In this document: positions 59,997 to 64,000 of the stretch, piece by piece
How the letters are laid out: every line of letters begins with the position of its first letter
Numbering within the stretch: position 1 is the first letter of the stretch
Origin: Polyangiaceae bacterium
GTDB taxonomy: Bacteria > Myxococcota_A > Polyangia > Polyangiales > Polyangiaceae
DNA: 64,000 nt
Direction: 5' to 3'
NCBI GenBank assembly: GCA_033763455.1
Contig: JANRKO010000006.1
Location: forward strand, 678,986-742,985
Position numbers and translations under genes: made by a program
Notes under the pieces: generated by a model
What the model saw: only the letters and a program-made list of their open reading frames with translations
Databases searched by the model: none
What the model was told of the DNA's origin: nothing

Positions 59997-60865
59997 CACC
60001 GCGGCAAAAACACGGCCAATTCGTCGAGGCCCCGGCGGAGCAGGGGTTTGTTGAGGGGGATACACCGACCCCGGGTCGAGTCGCTAGCGGTCAGAGGTCG
60101 CGCAGTCCAACGCATCCGGCTTGGTTGTTGCTGAAGATCTTGGTGGGGCTCGCTCTGGTGGTTGGGGCCGCCGGGGCTGTTGCTTTTGGAGCTTATCGCT
60201 ACGCGCTCACCACGCCACGCTTCGCCCTTCAGGCCTTTGAGTTGGTGGGTGCACGACGGGCCACCGCTCAGAAGTTGGCAGAGAGCGGGGGAATGAAGAT
60301 TGGTGAGAATCTCCTCGGTTTGGATCTCGATGCCTGCGAAGCCAAGATTGCCAAGGACCCATGGATCCGGCGCGTCCGGCTGACCCGTAAGCTTCCGAGC
60401 ACTCTGCGGGTGGAAGTGGAGGAGAACGAGGCAACGGCGCTTGCACTCCTCTCGGACACCCCGTTCCTTGTTACGCGGGAAGGCGTTCCTTTCAAACGCG
60501 CGGAGCCACAAGACCCGGGTGATTTGCCTATAATCTCGGGAGTTTCAGCGGATGATGTCGCCAGGGACAAACCCACTGCGCTGAGCCGTTTGGCAAGCGG
60601 GGTTGAGATCCTCCGGCAGTATGAACGCCTCCAGATGAGCAAGGTGTACCCAGCGCAAGAAGTCCACCTGGAGCCGAGCGGTCGCGTCAGGCTCGTGGTG
60701 GGCGATGTAGGCCTAGCGCTGGAGCTTGGGACTGGGGCTTTTCGCCGAAAGCTGCTCATGGCGGAGCGTGTTACCCAGCAGTTGAGAAGTCAGAATCGTG
60801 CTCCGGGGATCCTATTTTTGGACAACGAAGCGCACTCTGAGCGTGTCGTCGTGAGGATGAAGTGA
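59993..60865 (+). CDS. ftsQ: Cell division protein FtsQ
   Basis: TM helix followed by POTRA (PWIRRVRLTRKLPSTLRVEVEE); position before ftsA. Confidence 0.88.
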   Translation: MTPRQKHGQFVEAPAEQGFVEGDTPTPGRVASGQRSRSPTHPAWLLLKILVGLALVVGAAGAVAFGAYRYALTTPRFALQAFELVGARRATAQKLAESGGMKIGENLLGLDLDACEAKIAKDPWIRRVRLTRKLPSTLRVEVEENEATALALLSDTPFLVTREGVPFKRAEPQDPGDLPIISGVSADDVARDKPTALSRLASGVEILRQYERLQMSKVYPAQEVHLEPSGRVRLVVGDVGLALELGTGAFRRKLLMAERVTQQLRSQNRAPGILFLDNEAHSERVVVRMK

Positions 60866-60999
60866 CTTTCTCATTCAAAGGGCAGTGAAAATTTGGCCCC
60901 GAGTGACCCTACGTGGCAGCTTCAAACCAGCCTAGTTGAGGCAGGAAACGCCGCAGCACAGAGCGCGCGACTAGGACGGCAGGAGTGACGTAGACCCAC

Positions 61000-62256
61000 A
61001 TGACATACGAGAGCAGCCCCCAGATCGTCGTCGGCCTCGACCTTGGCACCACCAAGGTGACTGCAGTTGTTGGGGAAGTGGATTCGGACGGGATCACGAT
61101 TCTCGGCGTGGGGAACGTGCCGTGCCGGGGGCTCCGCAAAGGGGTGGTGAGCAATATCGATTGGACCGTGCGGGCCATTCGGGAGGCAATCGAAGCCGCC
61201 CAGACCATGGCGGGCGTCGAAATTGACACCGTGTACGCCGGCATCGCGGGCAGCCACATTCGCAGCCAATCTTCTGATGGCGTGTGCGCGATCTCGGGCC
61301 GAGAGGTCACCCAGACAGATCTTGAGCGCGTGCTCGAAGGCGCGCGCGCCATCCCTGTGGATGCTGATCGCATGATCCTGCACGCCCTGCCTCGCGAATA
61401 CCTCGTCGACAACCAGGACGGTATCCGCGACCCGATCGGAATGAGTGGCGTGCGTCTCCAAGTTCGCGTGAATCTGGTAACGGCTGCCACCTCGTGTGTG
61501 CAAAATGTCATGCGCTGCGTGGAGCGTTGCGGCCTCAAAGTGGCCGATGTAGTGCTTGAGCCTTTGGCTAGCGCGAACGCCGTGTTGAGCGAGGACGAAA
61601 AGGAAATTGGCGTCACCGTGATCGATATTGGCGGCGGCACTACGGATCTTCTCATGTACGCCGATGGCGGCATCGCGCACACCAGCGTGATCCCTGCGGG
61701 CGGCAATAACATCACGGGTGATGTTGCCGCGGGGCTTCGCACTCCCATGGCAGAAGCCGAGCGCTTGAAGCGCAATCACGGCTGCGCACTCGGGCGTATG
61801 ATCGCCGACGACGAGGAAATTGAAGTCCCAGGCGTTGGAGGGCACGGCCCGCACCGCGCCGCACGCAGGCTCCTGAGCGATATCATTGAACCTCGCGTAG
61901 AGGAGATTTTCGCCGAAGCCCGTCGCCGCATGGAAGAGACTGGCCTCTTAGAACAGATCAGTTCCGGCTGCGTGCTTACGGGTGGCGCTGCACTCATGGA
62001 GGGCATGGTCGAGTGCGCCGAAGAGGTCCTCGGTATGCCCGTTCGACTTGGTTTTCCTACTGGCATCAAAGGCATCGTGCAGTTGGTGCACGGCCCCCAA
62101 TACGCCACCGCCGTAGGCCTCGTGCGTTACGGCGCGCAGCAGCTTCGCGAAGCCCAGGCTCGCGGTGAGTATCAGCAGCATCAGGGTACGCCCACGGCCG
62201 CTCAAGTGGCGAGTGGAAACAATGGACTTTGGAGTTGGCTCCGCGCAGCATTCTGA
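61000..62256 (+). CDS. ftsA: Cell division protein FtsA
   Basis: GLDLGTTKV, IDIGGGTTD, VLTGGAA, C-terminal amphipathic LWSWLRAAF. Confidence 0.98.
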   Translation: MTYESSPQIVVGLDLGTTKVTAVVGEVDSDGITILGVGNVPCRGLRKGVVSNIDWTVRAIREAIEAAQTMAGVEIDTVYAGIAGSHIRSQSSDGVCAISGREVTQTDLERVLEGARAIPVDADRMILHALPREYLVDNQDGIRDPIGMSGVRLQVRVNLVTAATSCVQNVMRCVERCGLKVADVVLEPLASANAVLSEDEKEIGVTVIDIGGGTTDLLMYADGGIAHTSVIPAGGNNITGDVAAGLRTPMAEAERLKRNHGCALGRMIADDEEIEVPGVGGHGPHRAARRLLSDIIEPRVEEIFAEARRRMEETGLLEQISSGCVLTGGAALMEGMVECAEEVLGMPVRLGFPTGIKGIVQLVHGPQYATAVGLVRYGAQQLREAQARGEYQQHQGTPTAAQVASGNNGLWSWLRAAF

Positions 62257-62374
62257 GCCTGAGCCAACACCGAATAGGCAGATCGATCACAAGGCAGCAA
62301 AACAAAGATGACGGATCCGAAGGGTAGGCAGCCCCTTCGAATTCACCCAAGAACGCGACCGGGAGAGGCACACT

Positions 62375-63616
62375 ATGAGTTTTTCAATCGAATTCGCCGA
62401 AGAATCGCAACAATACCAAGCACGCATCAAGGTAATTGGTGTGGGTGGCTCGGGTGGCAACGCCATCAACACGATGATCCACTTCGGCCTGGAGGGCGTT
62501 GAATTCCTCAGCGTGAACACGGACGCACAGGCGCTCAATTCCAATTCGGCGGCTGAACGCATCTCCATCGGTTCCAACGTCACCCGTGGCCTCGGCGCTG
62601 GTGCGGATCCAGAGCGCGGCCGCAAAGCTGCCCTCGAAGACGTAGCGCGCCTGAAGGAAATGATTGACGGCGCCGACATGGTGTTCGTAACGGCCGGTAT
62701 GGGCGGCGGCACCGGCACCGGAGCGGCCCCGATTATTGCCCAAATTGCCCGCGAATCAGGCGCTCTCACCGTGGGCGTGGTCACCAAGCCGTTCGGTTTC
62801 GAAGGCCGCCAGCGCTCACGCCGCGCGGAGCTTGGCTTGGCCACATTGGCTGAGCACGTGGATACGCTCATCACCATCCCGAACGACAAGCTGCTCTCTC
62901 TCGGCGACGACGAGCTCACGTTTGTGGAAGCTTTCCGCAAAGCCGATGAGGTGCTCTACCAAGCCGTGCGCGGCATCAGCGACCTCATCACCCAAGATGG
63001 CATTGTGAATGTGGATTTCGCCGACGTTCGCACCGTGATGGCCAACATGGGCCGCGCGCTCATGGGCTCCGGCTGCGCCAAGGGCGAAGGCCGTGCGCGC
63101 CTGGCAGCTGAGCAAGCTGTGATGTCGCCACTTCTGGACAACATCTCCGTGCACGGCGCCACCGGCGTCTTGATCAACATTGTGGGCGGCCCCGACATGA
63201 AAATGCGGGAAATTCAAGAAGCAGCCTCGCTCATCCAAGAGCAAGCCCACGAAGACGCAAACATCATCTTCGGTGCCAGCATCCACGAATCCATGGGTGA
63301 TACGCTCAAAGTTACTGTTATCGCTACAGGTTTCGATCAGGAACACAAGGCCGAACCTGTTGCTGTGCTGCGTGACACCATGCCAACTGCTGAGCGCAAC
63401 GCTCTGCGCGATATCGCAGCCAGCCGCTCCATCGGTCGCCCCGAAATTGGGCGCGATGGCTCGAGCTACCCCCGCCGTCCGCCTTCAGCACAGCCCATGA
63501 GCCAGCCGGCAGCAGCGAGCAGCTCGGTGCCAGTGCGTGAACGCATTGTATTCCCGGCGACAGTAGATCACGAGTGGGATATCCCGGCGTTTCAGCGGCG
63601 GCAAGGCGGGGTTTAA
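62375..63616 (+). CDS. ftsZ: Cell division protein FtsZ
   Basis: IKVIGVGGSGGNA, GMGGGTGTGAAP, NVDFADV, C-terminal DIPAFQRRQ. Confidence 0.99.
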   Translation: MSFSIEFAEESQQYQARIKVIGVGGSGGNAINTMIHFGLEGVEFLSVNTDAQALNSNSAAERISIGSNVTRGLGAGADPERGRKAALEDVARLKEMIDGADMVFVTAGMGGGTGTGAAPIIAQIARESGALTVGVVTKPFGFEGRQRSRRAELGLATLAEHVDTLITIPNDKLLSLGDDELTFVEAFRKADEVLYQAVRGISDLITQDGIVNVDFADVRTVMANMGRALMGSGCAKGEGRARLAAEQAVMSPLLDNISVHGATGVLINIVGGPDMKMREIQEAASLIQEQAHEDANIIFGASIHESMGDTLKVTVIATGFDQEHKAEPVAVLRDTMPTAERNALRDIAASRSIGRPEIGRDGSSYPRRPPSAQPMSQPAAASSSVPVRERIVFPATVDHEWDIPAFQRRQGGV

Positions 63617-63683
63617 GCAGCGCGCGAGCTGAGCGGAACCCGTAGCGGGCCGCGCGGCGTTGAGTGAAAGCTTGGTTGTTGGT

Positions 63684-63720
63684 GAAGGGCGTTACCCGGA
63701 AGGGGGCGCCCTTTTTCGTT
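63684..63720 (+). terminator. Rho-independent terminator after ftsZ
   Basis: GAAGGGCG...CGCCCTTT stem followed by T-run (TTTTTCGTT). Confidence 0.7.
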
Positions 63721-63872
63721 GGGGTGGCTCTGGGGTTAGGAGACCGTTTTGTTGGTTTGCGGGATTTTACGCCACTCTTTAATTATTCTGTTGCCTCGAA
63801 TGCGCAAGTTGCGCAGGTAGCGCAACTTGCGAGTATTAAGCAACTTGCGCCGGTGTTGCAAACAACTACTAT

Positions 63873-64000
63873 GGCGCACAAGGCGCACAAGGCGCACAAG
63901 GCGCACAAGGCGCACAAGGCGCACAAGGCGCACAAGGCGCACAAGGCGCACAAGGCGCACAAGGCGCACAAGGCGCACAAGGCGCACAAGGCGCACAAGG
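63873..64000. repeat. Perfect 9-bp tandem repeat (GGCGCACAA)n, at least 14 copies, running off the window end
   Basis: 128 bp of uninterrupted GGCGCACAA units from 63873 to 64000. Confidence 0.97.

Noticed and set aside
60909..62940. Long antisense ORFs opposite ftsA and ftsZ (and similar ones opposite hemB, spoVR, vanW)
   Set aside because: Shadow ORFs expected from high-GC codon bias; no recognisable protein motifs
63873..64000. Tandem array or Fic upstream repeats as a CRISPR array
   Set aside because: No unique spacers in the 9-mer array, only 9-bp spacers in the Fic repeats, and no cas genes

Overview
GC-rich (roughly 60% by eye) bacterial chromosomal segment, most likely from a myxobacterium (Polyangiaceae/Sorangiineae-like). 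The assignment is inferred from a clear MYXO-CTERM sorting signal, Gly/Ser-rich-linker lipoproteins and a Cys-rich CglB-like VWA lipoprotein. The window is mostly housekeeping: the 3' end of type-2 IPP isomerase, trpF, glnE, hemB, thiE, holB, uvrC, a TamA/TamB pair, rsmE, and a dcw cluster (mraZ-rsmH-ftsL-ftsI-murE-murF-mraY-murD-ftsW-murG-murC-ftsQ-ftsA-ftsZ; no murB or ddl) with MraZ boxes upstream. Best candidates for undescribed biology: (1) a predicted lipoprotein combining a lamin-tail domain, a phospho-His swivel domain and a C-terminal PPDK/PEPS-type ATP-grasp domain, i.e. the domain order of glucan-water dikinases but apparently exported; (2) a Fic AMPylase with an AbiEi-antitoxin-like N-terminus, preceded by three direct repeats at exact 24-bp periodicity and sitting where prkA would be expected before DUF444-spoVR; (3) a perfect 9-bp tandem array at the window end, in register with upstream degenerate copies; (4) a sigma54 plus sigma70 promoter region before the CglB-like gene. 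I recognised no rRNA, tRNA, CRISPR array, transposase or integrase. All family calls come from motif recognition by eye; no database searches were run.
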